This document shows positions 1-9,935 of a stretch of DNA of 64,000 bases, in pieces. This DNA is from Polyangiales bacterium (lineage in GTDB: Bacteria > Myxococcota_A > Polyangia > Polyangiales > Ga0077539). The notes beneath the pieces are model-generated. The model had not been told where the DNA came from and searched no databases. It was given only the letters and a program-made list of their open reading frames with translations. Position 1 is the stretch's first letter. Every line of letters starts with the position of its first letter. The stretch lies in the NCBI GenBank assembly GCA_044229975.1, contig JBGARZ010000006.1, forward strand, positions 64,001-128,000. The letters run 5' to 3'. The position numbers and the translations under genes are program-made.

Positions 1-2
1 AC

Positions 3-365
3 TCGCTCGCCCCCGACGGCGACGCCGACCTCGACCCGGCGGCCGTCGCAGGCTTCCGCGTGGCGGAGTGTCTCGCGTGCGGCGGGGTGCTCAAGCCCGA
101 CGTGGTGTTCTTTGGGGACAATGTTCCGAAGCCGCGGGTGGAGGCGGCGTTTGCGAAGCTCGACGAGGCCGACGCGCTGCTCGTGGTCGGGTCATCGCTG
201 GCGGTGTTTTCGGGCTACCGCTTCGTGCTGAGGGCCGTGGCCAAGGGCGCCCCGGTGGCCATCGTGAACCTGGGCGAGAGCCGCGGTGACGAGCATGCCG
301 CGGTGCGCGTCGACGCCCCCGCGGCGGAGGTGCTGACCGCGCTGGCCACGAAGCTGGTCGATTGA
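3..365 (+). CDS. cobB: NAD-dependent protein deacylase, Sir2/sirtuin family (SIRT4-like); 5' end outside window
   Basis: PDGDAD, [22 protein letters not shown] and IVNLG motifs. Confidence 0.9.
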   Translation, partial: SLAPDGDADLDPAAVAGFRVAECLACGGVLKPDVVFFGDNVPKPRVEAAFAKLDEADALLVVGSSLAVFSGYRFVLRAVAKGAPVAIVNLGESRGDEHAAVRVDAPAAEVLTALATKLVD

Positions 366-395
366 GATGGTCGCCGCTGCGGTAGCATCGCGGCG

Positions 396-1514
396 ATGAG
401 GTCAAGCGCCGTTCTCGTGTCTTTGCTCTTCGTCGGCTGCAACGAAGCGACGCCCGCGCCACGCAGTGACGCCGCGGTGACGGACGCACCCGACGTCGCG
501 GTCGAGGAAGACGTGGTGGTCGCCGAAGACGTGGTGATGGAAGTGAGGGACGCCGGGCCGCCGTGCCCTGGTCCGTTGGGCACGGCCGCGGCGCGCACCG
601 GGCCGGCGCCCACGCCCGGCCCGATGGACAGCGTCCTGCGCATGAACCACCTCCAGGCGAAGGGGACGCACAACAGCTATCACCTCCGGCCGATGATCGT
701 CGGGCCCGACTGGGACTACGACCAGGCGCCGCTCGACACGCAGCTCGAATCGCAAGGCGTGCGCGCGCTGGAGCTCGACCTCCGATGGGACGCGCGGTGC
801 GGGCGGTTCAGGGTGTTTCATCTGCCCATCCTCGATCCGCGCTCGACGTGTGACCTGTTCACCGACTGCCTCTCGGTCGTGCGGCGCTGGTCCGACGCGC
901 ACACGGCGCATCACCCGTTGTTGATCCAGATCGAGCCCAAGGACGCGTGGGACGCGGCCACCACCGAGCTGCGGATGACGGCGATGGAGGCGGAGATCCT
1001 GTCGGTGTTTCCGCGCCCGCTCGTGGTGACGCCCGACGAGGTGCGCGGTGATTCACCGACGCTGCCCACGGCCATCGAGACCCGCGGCTGGCCCACGCTC
1101 GCCGCGTCGCGGGGGCGGGTGCTGTTCTTCATCGACCGCACCGACGCGCTGCGCGACGTCTACACGCACGGAGGCCGAGACCTCAACGGGCGCCTCGCCT
1201 TCATCGACTCGGAGGTGGGCGACCCCTTCGCGGGCGTGATGGTGCTCAACAACCCGCGCGGCGCCGACGTCCCAGTGGCGGTGCGCGCGGGCTATCTCGT
1301 GCGGGTGTTCTCGTGGACGGCGGGCGACGAGATCCTCGACCCGGCCGTGACGGAGGCGGGCCTCGCGTCGGGCGCGCACATCATCAGCACGGACTTCCCG
1401 GTGACGGCGCGCGGCGGCATCGACGGCGTGCGCATCCCCGGTGGGACACCCTCGCGATGCAACCCGCTGGTCGCGCCGAGCGGGTGCACGTCGGCGGCGA
1501 TCGAGAGCCTCTGA
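396..1514 (+). CDS. PI-PLC-like phosphodiesterase lipoprotein
   Basis: Lipobox-like FVGC; GTHNSYH, QLESQGVRALELD, IEPKD and GAHIISTDFP motifs of bacterial PI-PLC-like enzymes. Confidence 0.8.
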   Translation: MRSSAVLVSLLFVGCNEATPAPRSDAAVTDAPDVAVEEDVVVAEDVVMEVRDAGPPCPGPLGTAAARTGPAPTPGPMDSVLRMNHLQAKGTHNSYHLRPMIVGPDWDYDQAPLDTQLESQGVRALELDLRWDARCGRFRVFHLPILDPRSTCDLFTDCLSVVRRWSDAHTAHHPLLIQIEPKDAWDAATTELRMTAMEAEILSVFPRPLVVTPDEVRGDSPTLPTAIETRGWPTLAASRGRVLFFIDRTDALRDVYTHGGRDLNGRLAFIDSEVGDPFAGVMVLNNPRGADVPVAVRAGYLVRVFSWTAGDEILDPAVTEAGLASGAHIISTDFPVTARGGIDGVRIPGGTPSRCNPLVAPSGCTSAAIESL

Positions 1515-1672
1515 CTCAACGAGACGGGTGCCGCTCCGAGGCCGCACATGCGCAGACCGGAAAGCGCCCGTGCGTGGCCGTCGCAGGGCCTCCCACATGC
1601 CCGCCTAAATCATTGGTTTCGCCGTAGAATTGGCCCACCCGGAGGTTCGCGCGGCGGGGGTCGTGGTCCATA

Positions 1673-3346
1673 GTGGACGCCATGAAGTCCCGACCTGTTC
1701 CGACCCTGTCGGGTGACCTCGGAACCACTTCAATCGCCTCCCTCCTCTGGTCCGCCCGACAGCGCGACCTCACCGGCACGCTGTCGATACAGGCCGAGTG
1801 CTACGCGGGAGTGTCTCCGGGCGAGACCCTCGTGACCTTCAAGGAAGGTGCGCTCACGCAGATCCGTCAGCCGCAAGCCCTCGACACGCTCGGCTGCGTG
1901 CTGCGCGAGCAGGGCGCCATCACGGCCGAGCAGTTCGACGAGTCGCTCGCGCGCATGGCGGCGCGCGAGGGGCTCCAGGGCAAGGTGCTCGTGGCGATGG
2001 GCGCGTGCAGCGACGAGGCGGTGTCGCGCGCGCTGCGGGCGCAGCTCCGGCGCAAGGCGCAGCGGCTCTTCGCGCTGGAGAAGGGAGCGATGGCGTTCTT
2101 CAGGGGCGTCGACCTGCTGGCGGACTTCGGCGCCGAGCGGCGGCCCGAGGACATCCTCCCGCTGCTCTGGCCGGGGCTCCGCGCGCACCCCGACCACGGG
2201 GCAGTGCACGCCGCGATGACCCGCCTCGGGATGCAGTCGCTCCGCCTGCTGCCCAACGTCGGGCTCGCGGGCTTCGGCTTCGACGCCGCCGAGACCAAGG
2301 CGCTCGAAGCGCTGCGCCCCGGTCCGGCGACCTTCGCCGCGCTCACCCACGCGGGCTGCTCCCCGGCGACCGCCCGCTCGCTCGTGGCGCTGCTGCTCAT
2401 CACCGGGCTCGCCGAGCTCACCGACGAGAAGCCGCGGCTCGCGTCGGGTGTTCAGCCGGTGCTGCAACAGCGGGCGCCCGACCCCGCGCGGCAGATCTCG
2501 TCGAGCAACCTCCCGGCGGTGCGCGACCTCGGCATCCAGCCCACCGTCATCCCGCAGTCGCCCCCGCGGGTCGCCGCGCCGAAGCCACCGCCGGTCGACG
2601 TTCGCGCGCGGCTCGCGGCGGCCGAGACGCGCTTCGCCGCGATGCAGGACGAGACGTACTTCCAGATGCTGGGCGTCGCTCCGACCGCGGCGGCGCCGGA
2701 GGTGCGGGCGGCGTACGCCGAGCGCAGCACGCAGTGGAGACCCGAGGCGGTTCCGGAGAGCGCCATCGCGCTGCGCGAGGTGCACCAGCGGGTGCAGGCG
2801 CTGCTCGACGAGGCGCACGCGGCGCTCACCGACGAGGAGTCACGGCGGCGTCACTTCTCCGAGATCGTCGCCGGGAGCGGAACGCCCAACGCGCGACAGG
2901 GCCTCGCCGCGCAGGCCGACGCGCAGACGAAGCTGCACACCGCCGAGGTGTGCCTGCGCTGCGGCGCCTACGACGAGGCGTCGAAGCTCGCGCGCGAGGC
3001 GCTGGCGGCGCAGCCCGAGCTCGCGGGCGCCATCGTGGTGCTGGTGGCCGCGCTGCTCGCGAAGACGCCGCAAGGTCCATGCATCGAGGCGCTGGGCTGG
3101 GTGACGCGCGGGCTGAAGCTGAGCCCCGACGACGACCAGATGCAGGTGCTCGCGGGGCGGGCGTACGCGCGTCGGGGCGATGAAGCGCGCTCGCTGGAGC
3201 ACTTCATCCGCGCGTACAAACTCAACAGCACCAACATGGACGCGGTGCGCGAGCTGCGCGCCATCGCGGCCCGTCGACGCACTGGCCGAAGCCAGGAGGT
3301 CGCCGCGGGGGGCGGGGGGCTGCTCTCGCGCATCTTCGGGCGCTGA
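1673..3346 (+). CDS. DUF4388/GYF-like + J-domain-like + TPR protein (myxobacterial type)
   Basis: N-terminal GDL..SLL...LTGTL, then LGCVL..GAIT, YFQMLGV J-like segment (no HPD) and C-terminal TPR-like helices. Confidence 0.7.
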   Translation: MDAMKSRPVPTLSGDLGTTSIASLLWSARQRDLTGTLSIQAECYAGVSPGETLVTFKEGALTQIRQPQALDTLGCVLREQGAITAEQFDESLARMAAREGLQGKVLVAMGACSDEAVSRALRAQLRRKAQRLFALEKGAMAFFRGVDLLADFGAERRPEDILPLLWPGLRAHPDHGAVHAAMTRLGMQSLRLLPNVGLAGFGFDAAETKALEALRPGPATFAALTHAGCSPATARSLVALLLITGLAELTDEKPRLASGVQPVLQQRAPDPARQISSSNLPAVRDLGIQPTVIPQSPPRVAAPKPPPVDVRARLAAAETRFAAMQDETYFQMLGVAPTAAAPEVRAAYAERSTQWRPEAVPESAIALREVHQRVQALLDEAHAALTDEESRRRHFSEIVAGSGTPNARQGLAAQADAQTKLHTAEVCLRCGAYDEASKLAREALAAQPELAGAIVVLVAALLAKTPQGPCIEALGWVTRGLKLSPDDDQMQVLAGRAYARRGDEARSLEHFIRAYKLNSTNMDAVRELRAIAARRRTGRSQEVAAGGGGLLSRIFGR

Positions 3347-3401
3347 GGGGGTCGAGCTCATCGCAGGCGGGTGGTGATGTTGTCCGGCGGCGCTCGCTTC
3401 G

Positions 3402-3536
3402 GAGCGCCCACTACGCGGTTGCGGACGGCCCGCGAGCGGGCCTGCAACCGCTGAAGTGGGAGCCTGGAGCTGGGCGTCCCGCCTGCGCGGGACTTCCTGG
3501 CGGCGCGTCGAGCGCTGGAGCGCTCGACGAGAAGGT
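3402..3536. repeat. Left inverted-repeat arm of tnpA element (multi-hairpin)
   Basis: Reverse complement of 3994-4128; contains palindromes cgtcgagcgct/agcgctcgacg, gtcccgc/gcgggac and gcggttgc/gcaaccgc. Confidence 0.9.
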
Positions 3537-3543
3537 CATGGGG

Positions 3544-3954
3544 TCACGCCGGTAGTTCTCGTCGAGGGTCGTGAGTGTTGTTCGCGTGGTGCCGCGGCTG
3601 ATCGCGGATGTACGCGGCGAGCGAGTCGACGTCCGAGTGGTCGACGCTGAAGAGCGCGTACCCCTCGCTCCAGGCGTAGGACGAGTCGACGCCCAGCTCG
3701 GCGTGGGCGACGTGCGATGAGACGCCCTTGAGGTGACGGACGAGATCGGAAGGAGCCAGCGTGGGCGGAGCTCGGACGAGCACGTGGACGTGTTCGCTGA
3801 CGCCACCCACCTCGACGAACGAGCAGCCCTGCTTTCGCGCGACCGATGCCACCACCGCGTGCAGGTGGGGTTGGATGGCGGCGTCGATCCACGGGTGCCG
3901 GTCCCAGGTGCTCCAGATGAAGTGCAGGTACAGCTCGATGTGGCGATGAAACAT
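3544..3954 (-). CDS. tnpA: IS200/IS605-family HUH (Y1) transposase, 136 aa
   Basis: LYLHFIWST, HUH motif EHVHVLV, LKGVSS, W.EGY, catalytic YIxxQ (YIRDQ). ATG at 3954 chosen because the longer ORF start lies inside the repeat. Confidence 0.9.
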   Translation of the reverse strand: MFHRHIELYLHFIWSTWDRHPWIDAAIQPHLHAVVASVARKQGCSFVEVGGVSEHVHVLVRAPPTLAPSDLVRHLKGVSSHVAHAELGVDSSYAWSEGYALFSVDHSDVDSLAAYIRDQPRHHANNTHDPRRELPA

Positions 3955-3993
3955 GTCGGGTGTCGTGCCGAGTTCCAATAGGGTTGCGCCTGC

Positions 3994-4128
3994 ACCCTCC
4001 CGTCGAGCGCTCCAGCGCTCGACGCGCCGCCAGGAAGTCCCGCGCAGGCGGGACGTCCAGCTCCAGGCTCCCACTTCAGCGGTTGCAGGCCCGCTCGCGG
4101 GCCGTCCGCAACCGCGCAGTGGGCGCTC
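3994..4128. repeat. Right inverted-repeat arm of tnpA element (multi-hairpin)
   Basis: Reverse complement of 3402-3536. Confidence 0.9.
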
Positions 4129-4160
4129 TCTCCAGCCGCTCTCTCGCTCGCTGAGGCACT

Positions 4161-5117
4161 TTACGTGGCGGCGATCTCCCCCGACAGCGCCGACAGCGCC
4201 GCACAGAGCGCGCGACGATCGGGCCAGAGACCGGCCTCCCGCAGACCCGCGACCGGCTCCGCTTCGATCTCGGCCGCGAGCGTCGCGAGGGCCGCGCGCA
4301 TCGACGCAGCGATCTTCGCGCGCTCACCCTTCGACAGCCTCGGAGAGCCCCAGCCGTGAACCTGCCATGCGAGCGCCGCGTGCCGCGCCTCGTCCCGCGC
4401 GATGCCCGCAAACGCCGACCGCGCCAACGGGTCTCGCGCGTGCTTCGCCTGCCACGTCGCCAGCAGCGCGCCGAAGGTCTCGCGCACGCAGCCCTCGACG
4501 GCGTTTTCTTCGAGCATCGCGAGGAGGGAGCGCTTCGTGGGTGACGGCGGGTCGATGGTCTTCGCCACGGGTGCACCCGCTCGACGGACGAAGGCCGCCA
4601 TCGCCCGCGTGTGGCGCACCTCGTCGCGGCGCGATCGGTGCGCGAGCGCGATGAGGGGCGCCGGTGCGCGGTGGGCGGTGAGCTCGTCGGCGAGGCGCGC
4701 GAAGGCGACGATGGAGGCGTGTTCGAGGCGCATCTGGTGGGCCCACCACGCGGTCATCGGGTTGGCGACGTCGGCGCCCGGGTCGCGCCATCCTTCGGGG
4801 CGGCGACCGCAGGCGGGCTCGCCCGGGGTGTAACAGTCGGTGATGCGCACCTGGCAGTTGAACGGCGCGACGGCCCCGGAGCACGAGAGCAGCTCCTCCT
4901 CGGCGCACGACACGGTGTAGTCGAGCATCCGGGCGCACGCGGCCTGGCAGGCGGAGCCGTCGGCGAAGGTTCCGGCGTCGCGGGTGGCCTGTTGGCGGGC
5001 TTCCTCGGCGGTGACGACGATGGTCGGCTGGGTGACGGTGCACTCGCGTTGCGAGCACGAGGCGAGGGCCATCGCCGCGAGGCCGTGGACCAGAACGTGT
5101 TGGAGTCGAAGGGCCAT
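4161..5117 (-). CDS. Ferritin-like domain lipoprotein (myxobacterial GRRP-type)
   Basis: Lipobox LASC; CGRRPEG; LEHAS, DEVRH, ENAVEGCVRET and DEARH di-iron-type motifs. Confidence 0.8.
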   Translation of the reverse strand: MALRLQHVLVHGLAAMALASCSQRECTVTQPTIVVTAEEARQQATRDAGTFADGSACQAACARMLDYTVSCAEEELLSCSGAVAPFNCQVRITDCYTPGEPACGRRPEGWRDPGADVANPMTAWWAHQMRLEHASIVAFARLADELTAHRAPAPLIALAHRSRRDEVRHTRAMAAFVRRAGAPVAKTIDPPSPTKRSLLAMLEENAVEGCVRETFGALLATWQAKHARDPLARSAFAGIARDEARHAALAWQVHGWGSPRLSKGERAKIAASMRAALATLAAEIEAEPVAGLREAGLWPDRRALCAALSALSGEIAAT

Positions 5118-5238
5118 CGGGCGATCATCGTCGGCTCAAGAATCGGGCGCAACGCGATGGGCGTCGGTGGTCACCGAGCGGGGACGGCGACGCAGTCTTT
5201 GACCGTGCGGGGCGATCCGCGATACCCCGTCGGCAGCG

Positions 5239-5640
5239 ATGAAGGTCCGCGGAGCAAGGCAGTTGGCGACGGTGGTGATGGCGGCGGCGCTCGGAGCGGC
5301 GTGCGATCCGACGCCCGTGCAGACGGCGTCCGGGGCGTCGCAGTCGTCGGGTGGCAGCAACGCCAACCGCCCGCGGCGCGCGGCCAACGACCCGCCCGAG
5401 ATGGTCGAGGCCGGGCACCAGCGCTTCAACACGGCGTGCCTGCGGTGCCATGGTCCGGAGTCGCCGGGCGGCATGGTCAACAACCTCGACGTGACCAACG
5501 AGCGCCTCGAAGCGGTGCTGCACGCGGGCTCCGACAACGGGGGGCTGCTGCCGTCGGTGGCGCCGGAAGACCTGCGGGTCGAGCACCTGCCGGCGCTGCG
5601 GGCGTACCTGCGCTCCATCGGCGCGCTGCGGGTGGAGTGA
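5239..5640 (+). CDS. c-type cytochrome lipoprotein
   Basis: Lipobox GAAC and a single CxxCH (CLRCH). Confidence 0.65.
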   Translation: MKVRGARQLATVVMAAALGAACDPTPVQTASGASQSSGGSNANRPRRAANDPPEMVEAGHQRFNTACLRCHGPESPGGMVNNLDVTNERLEAVLHAGSDNGGLLPSVAPEDLRVEHLPALRAYLRSIGALRVE

Positions 5641-5654
5641 AGTTTCCGCGGGTC

Positions 5655-5684
5655 TTGACGCGCCGACGTCGCGTCGCGTAGAAC
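5655..5684 (+). promoter_or_regulatory. Sigma70-like promoter for rplU-rpmA
   Basis: TTGACG-N18-TAGAAC upstream of rplU; GGAGG RBS before ATG 5761. Confidence 0.45.
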
Positions 5685-5760
5685 CCGCCCCCTTCCGTCG
5701 AGGACGGTCGAGGGCAAGTACGCCCACGACGCCTCGGGACAACTTGGAGGATTCATCGAC

Positions 5761-6072
5761 ATGTACGCCGTCATCAAGACCGGTGGAAAGCAGTACCGGG
5801 TCTCCCCGGGCGACCGGCTCCGCGTGGAGAAGCTCCCGGGCGAGCCCAAGGGAACCATCACCTTCGATCAGGTGCTCATGGTCGGCGGCGACGCCACCGT
5901 CCGCGTGGGCAAGCCGTCGGTCGAGGGCGTGAAGGTCAACGCCGAGATCGTCTCGCAGGGCCGCGCCAAGAAGATCATCGTCTTCAAGATGAAGCGCCGG
6001 AAGAACTACCGTCGCAAGAACGGCCACCGTCAGCCGTTCACCGAGCTCCACATCACCGGCATCGAGGGCTGA
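5761..6072 (+). CDS. rplU: 50S ribosomal protein L21
   Basis: MYAVIKTGGKQYRV...KRRKNYRRKNGHRQPFT. Confidence 0.98.
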   Translation: MYAVIKTGGKQYRVSPGDRLRVEKLPGEPKGTITFDQVLMVGGDATVRVGKPSVEGVKVNAEIVSQGRAKKIIVFKMKRRKNYRRKNGHRQPFTELHITGIEG

Positions 6073-6078
6073 AGCGCC

Positions 6079-6363
6079 ATGGCACACAAAAAGGGTCAGG
6101 GATCGTCCCGTAACGGCCGCACGAGCAACGCGCAGTACCGCGGCATCAAGGTGTACGCGGGCCAGGACATCCGCGCGGGCGGCATCATCGTCCGCCAGGT
6201 GGGCAGCAGCGTCCACGCGGGCAACAACGTCGGCACCGGCAAGGACTACACGCTCTATGCCCTCATCGACGGCATCGTGAAGTACGAGCGCACCAAGAAC
6301 GACCGCAAGAAGGTCTCCGTCTATCCCCTCGGCGCGGCTGCGCTCGCCCCCGCCTCCGCCTGA
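6079..6363 (+). CDS. rpmA: 50S ribosomal protein L27
   Basis: [14 protein letters not shown]...GGIIVRQ; directly follows rplU. Confidence 0.98.
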   Translation: MAHKKGQGSSRNGRTSNAQYRGIKVYAGQDIRAGGIIVRQVGSSVHAGNNVGTGKDYTLYALIDGIVKYERTKNDRKKVSVYPLGAAALAPASA

Positions 6364-6440
6364 GCCACCAAGGCTCTCCCCTCCAGATTCCCCCAGTGAC
6401 CGACCACGTGGACTTCGCGTCCGCGAGGTAGCGTTACGCC

Positions 6441-7739
6441 ATGACGTCCGCGCTGCCTTCATCGTGGAAGGCGCTGACCATCACGGTCGGCCTGAGCACC
6501 TTTCTCGGCAGCTTCGTCGCGGCCTTCTCCTACGAGAACCACAACGTGGCGTTTCCCGTCTCCGCGCTCTGCTCGATCGCGGTGCTGTGGATCACCGCGC
6601 GGCGGGCGAGGGAGACGTTCGCGGTCGATGCGCGGGGTGCGTTCACGCTGGCGGTCGGCGCGTCGGCGGTGACGGTCTTCCTCGTCATGGGGGTTCACGT
6701 CTTCCACGTGCGACCCGCCTGGGTGGAGTCGACCTTCAACTGGCGTGACCACAATGAGCCGCCCGCGTGGCTCGTCCTGCCCTCCCTGGTGTCGATGGTC
6801 GGTCTGCCGCTCGCCATCGCATTCACGGAGAGCCTCGTCTTCGAGCTGCATCGCCCGCTTCGCCGCGTCATTGGTGTGCTGCTGCCGTGGCTCGCCGTCG
6901 CCGTTGGTGTGCTCTCTGTCATGGGTGTCGCCCGCGCGAAGTCCCATGCCGCGCCACGGTCGCCGATCGATGGGCTGCCGGTGGTCGCCTCGTTCCAGGC
7001 GCCTTCCGCCGCGGGCGCCATCGAGCGCCACCCGCTCGGCGCGCTCACGCTGACCGTCGCGTGCGTGCAGGGCTACGACGTCGACTGCCATGTTCTTCTC
7101 CAGAGCGACCCGACGTTGCCGCTCCCCGCCGACTGGCCGCTCAACGTCAGCCGTCTGCGCTACCCCAGGCGCCAGGAGTCATCCGTCCGTAGCGATGCGA
7201 CGCTCCAGGTGCTCCGCGACCAGCGCCACGACCTCTGGATCATCCAGACCCCGATGCTCCACGGCCGCCCGCATCCCATCGCGGCGTTTCGCGGGCCGTC
7301 GCTCCAGCGGGTCAACGTCGGCCTCCGCGACTTCCCCGGTGAGTTCGCGCCGCCGCTCGGGTGGCCCATCGCCGCGCTGCTGGGTGTCGTGCTGGCAGCG
7401 TGGTTCGTGCGACGTGCGCGCTACGTGGACGCGATGCCGAAGAGGCCGCTCGCGGATGCGACGATGGGCGCCGACGGGACGCTGCTGCTCGCTGATGGGA
7501 GCACGCACGCGGCGGTGGGCAACGCGCCCGCTGGGCCGGTGGTGGTCGCTGCGGTAGCGACCGCGACGGCGCCGTATCGCGATGGTGCGCCGGTGGATGT
7601 GGTGCGTGTCGGGACGCTGGCTCAGTGGAAGGACGCGCTCCGTGATGAGCGCGATGTCCGGTATGGGCTCGCGTTCTCGACGCTGGTTTTGTTGGGGACG
7701 CCGATGGCGATCGCCGCGGGGCTGCGACTGCTCTGGTAG
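6441..7739 (+). CDS. Multi-pass membrane hypothetical protein
   Basis: 432-aa ORF with several hydrophobic helices and a TAPYR motif often seen in myxobacterial proteins. Confidence 0.6.
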   Translation: MTSALPSSWKALTITVGLSTFLGSFVAAFSYENHNVAFPVSALCSIAVLWITARRARETFAVDARGAFTLAVGASAVTVFLVMGVHVFHVRPAWVESTFNWRDHNEPPAWLVLPSLVSMVGLPLAIAFTESLVFELHRPLRRVIGVLLPWLAVAVGVLSVMGVARAKSHAAPRSPIDGLPVVASFQAPSAAGAIERHPLGALTLTVACVQGYDVDCHVLLQSDPTLPLPADWPLNVSRLRYPRRQESSVRSDATLQVLRDQRHDLWIIQTPMLHGRPHPIAAFRGPSLQRVNVGLRDFPGEFAPPLGWPIAALLGVVLAAWFVRRARYVDAMPKRPLADATMGADGTLLLADGSTHAAVGNAPAGPVVVAAVATATAPYRDGAPVDVVRVGTLAQWKDALRDERDVRYGLAFSTLVLLGTPMAIAAGLRLLW

Positions 7740-7866
7740 CGGACGGAGAGATCGGTGGCTGAAGCGTGGGCGGGCGCGTCCCTTCAGGTGAGGGCGCGTT
7801 GGGTTGACGGGGAAAGCGTCGTTGATGGCGTCGTCGAGCGCGAGGCGTCGTGGCACTCTGCCGCCC

Positions 7867-8538
7867 ATGACGTCGACCGCGCGACGGGTCCACACGGTGC
7901 ACTACCCGGAGACCGATCACATGGGGGAGGACTTCCTGCAGCGGCTCATCGCCGAGGAGCTGCGGCCGTTGATCGCGCGGTGGTTCAGGTCCCGTCGGGT
8001 GCGGGCCTTCACGGGTGCGGATCAGTTTCTCTACTGGGTCGAAGGGGACCCGACGCGGCGTGTGGCGCCGGACGTCTACGTGCTGCCGAAGGTCGACCCG
8101 GGGGCGGTCCCAACGTCGTGGCAGCTTTGGGAGGTGGGGCCGCCTTCGTTCGCGCTGGAGATCGTCTCCCGTGACGTGGGCAAGGACTACGAAGATGCGC
8201 CCGCGGAGTACTCCGCCATGGGCGCGAAGGAGCTCGTGATCTTCGACCCGGGCGCGACCTCCCGCAGCCGCACGCGGGTGCGCTGGCAGGTGTACCGGCG
8301 GCTCGCCCGACGGGGCTTCGTGCGAGTCGCGCAGACCACGAGCGACCGCGTCGAGGTGGCCTCGCTGGGCTGTTGGCTACGCGCAATGGGAGAAGGCCGT
8401 GACGTGCGTCTCCGACTCGGGACGGGCGTCGATGGAGGGGAGTTGTTCTTGACCGCGGAGGAGGAGCAGGCCCGCGGGCGCGCGGAAGCTGAGGCCGAGG
8501 TCGCACGTCTGCGAGCCCTGCTGGCGTCGCGCGGGTGA
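7867..8538 (+). CDS. Uma2/DUF820 family PD-(D/E)xK endonuclease
   Basis: YPETDHMGE, VAPDVYV, ALEIVS, K.Y...G.KELVIFDP and a C-terminal coiled coil. Confidence 0.85.
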   Translation: MTSTARRVHTVHYPETDHMGEDFLQRLIAEELRPLIARWFRSRRVRAFTGADQFLYWVEGDPTRRVAPDVYVLPKVDPGAVPTSWQLWEVGPPSFALEIVSRDVGKDYEDAPAEYSAMGAKELVIFDPGATSRSRTRVRWQVYRRLARRGFVRVAQTTSDRVEVASLGCWLRAMGEGRDVRLRLGTGVDGGELFLTAEEEQARGRAEAEAEVARLRALLASRG

Positions 8539-8561
8539 CTGCGAGACCCTCCGCGCCACCC

Positions 8562-9932
8562 ATGCACTCGCGCATCATCGTCGCCCTCGGGGTGCTCGCG
8601 CTCACCGCGTGCGGAGAGTCCCCGTCGAGCACCGACGCCGGCGCCGACGTCCGCACCGCCGACGTCCCCGTCAACGCTCCGCCCCGATGGACCAGCGCGC
8701 CCGCGACGCTCTCCATCGGCCAGGGCCAGCACCAGACGCTCATCGTCGCGATCGTCGACCCCGAGGGCGATGCCGTCACCCACGTCGTCACTGCGCCGCC
8801 CGGCGTCACGCTCTCCATCGACGGCGACGGCGCCACCACCCGCTGGAACCTCTCCGCCGACTACGCCACCACCGGCCCGCAGTCGGTCACCATCGAGAGC
8901 ACTGACGCGCGCGGCGCATGCACCACCCACGCCGTCGAGGTGACCGTCCGCCCCCTCACCTGGCTCTCGCGCGTGCAATGGACCGCCGACCCGCAGGCCC
9001 GCGAACACGCCGCGCTCATGGTCGACGCCGCACACAACCAGCTCCTCATGCTCGGCGGCTCCGGCTATCAGCCCTACGGAACGCCCCTCGGCGACGCGTG
9101 GCGCTACAACCTCGCCACCAGCACGTGGCAGACGGCCGCCGTCGATGGCGACGTCATTCCCCCGGCCGGGTCACGCCGCGTCGCGCTCATGCCCGACGGG
9201 CAATCGGCGCTGCTCTTCGGCGGATACGGCGCGTCCAACGCGGTCAACAACGAGCTCTTCCGGGTGACGTTTCGCGAGGACGGCGCGACGGTGCGACGCA
9301 TCGAGCAGCGCACCCCGCCGCCCGCGCGATCGCTCCATGCGTTTGCGTACGACCCGGTCACGCGGCGCTTCGCGGTGTTCGGTGGGGCGGGGCGCGCGTC
9401 TCCGCTCGGCGACACGTGGACCATGACCCTCGACGGTGACGTCGCGACGTGGACCGAGCTCGCCGCCAAGGAGGGTCCGTCTCCGCGCTACGGGTTCTTC
9501 TCGGGCTTCGATGCGGAGCGCGGTCGGCTCGTGGTGTTCAGCGGCGCGCAGGGGTTCTCGCCGCTCGACCCGGCGCCCGACACCTGGGCGCTCGACCTGC
9601 GGAGCGATGCGCCCGCGTGGCATCGGCTCGCGTCGGGCGACGAGCCCGGGTCGCCGCCGGGTCGTCGCAACGGCGTCGCGGAGTGGGACCCGACCGGGTC
9701 ACAACTGTTCGTGTTGGGTGGGACCGCCGACGCGCGCGGCAGCGAAGCCGGGCTGTGGGCCTTCGACGCAACACCCGGCGCCGAGCGCTGGGATCGCGTC
9801 GAGCGGGAGATGTCTCCGCCCGTCCGGTCGAGCGCCTTCGGGGTGTTCGACGCGACGCGCGGACGCGTGGTGTTCGGCTTCGGCAACACGACGTCGGCGG
9901 TGTACCGCGACCTCGCGAGCCTCCAGCTCTGA
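8562..9932 (+). CDS. Kelch-repeat beta-propeller lipoprotein
   Basis: Lipobox LTAC; repeated xxFGG...DxW kelch units. Confidence 0.8.
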   Translation: MHSRIIVALGVLALTACGESPSSTDAGADVRTADVPVNAPPRWTSAPATLSIGQGQHQTLIVAIVDPEGDAVTHVVTAPPGVTLSIDGDGATTRWNLSADYATTGPQSVTIESTDARGACTTHAVEVTVRPLTWLSRVQWTADPQAREHAALMVDAAHNQLLMLGGSGYQPYGTPLGDAWRYNLATSTWQTAAVDGDVIPPAGSRRVALMPDGQSALLFGGYGASNAVNNELFRVTFREDGATVRRIEQRTPPPARSLHAFAYDPVTRRFAVFGGAGRASPLGDTWTMTLDGDVATWTELAAKEGPSPRYGFFSGFDAERGRLVVFSGAQGFSPLDPAPDTWALDLRSDAPAWHRLASGDEPGSPPGRRNGVAEWDPTGSQLFVLGGTADARGSEAGLWAFDATPGAERWDRVEREMSPPVRSSAFGVFDATRGRVVFGFGNTTSAVYRDLASLQL

Positions 9933-9935
9933 CGC

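Larger units (their letters stand above)
3402..4128. mobile_element. IS200-like/REP-associated Y1 transposase gene flanked by 135-bp inverted repeats
   Basis: Arms 3402-3536 and 3994-4128 are reverse complements with 4 mismatches and enclose a single tnpA-like ORF. Confidence 0.8.

Noticed and set aside
3955..4074. N-terminal extension of the tnpA ORF and the matching ORF 3456-3650 (MGAWSW...)
   Set aside because: Both are translations of the inverted-repeat arm, not duplicated genes.
7867..8538. Uma2 nuclease as a defence system
   Set aside because: This family is highly expanded in such genomes, and there are no partner genes here.
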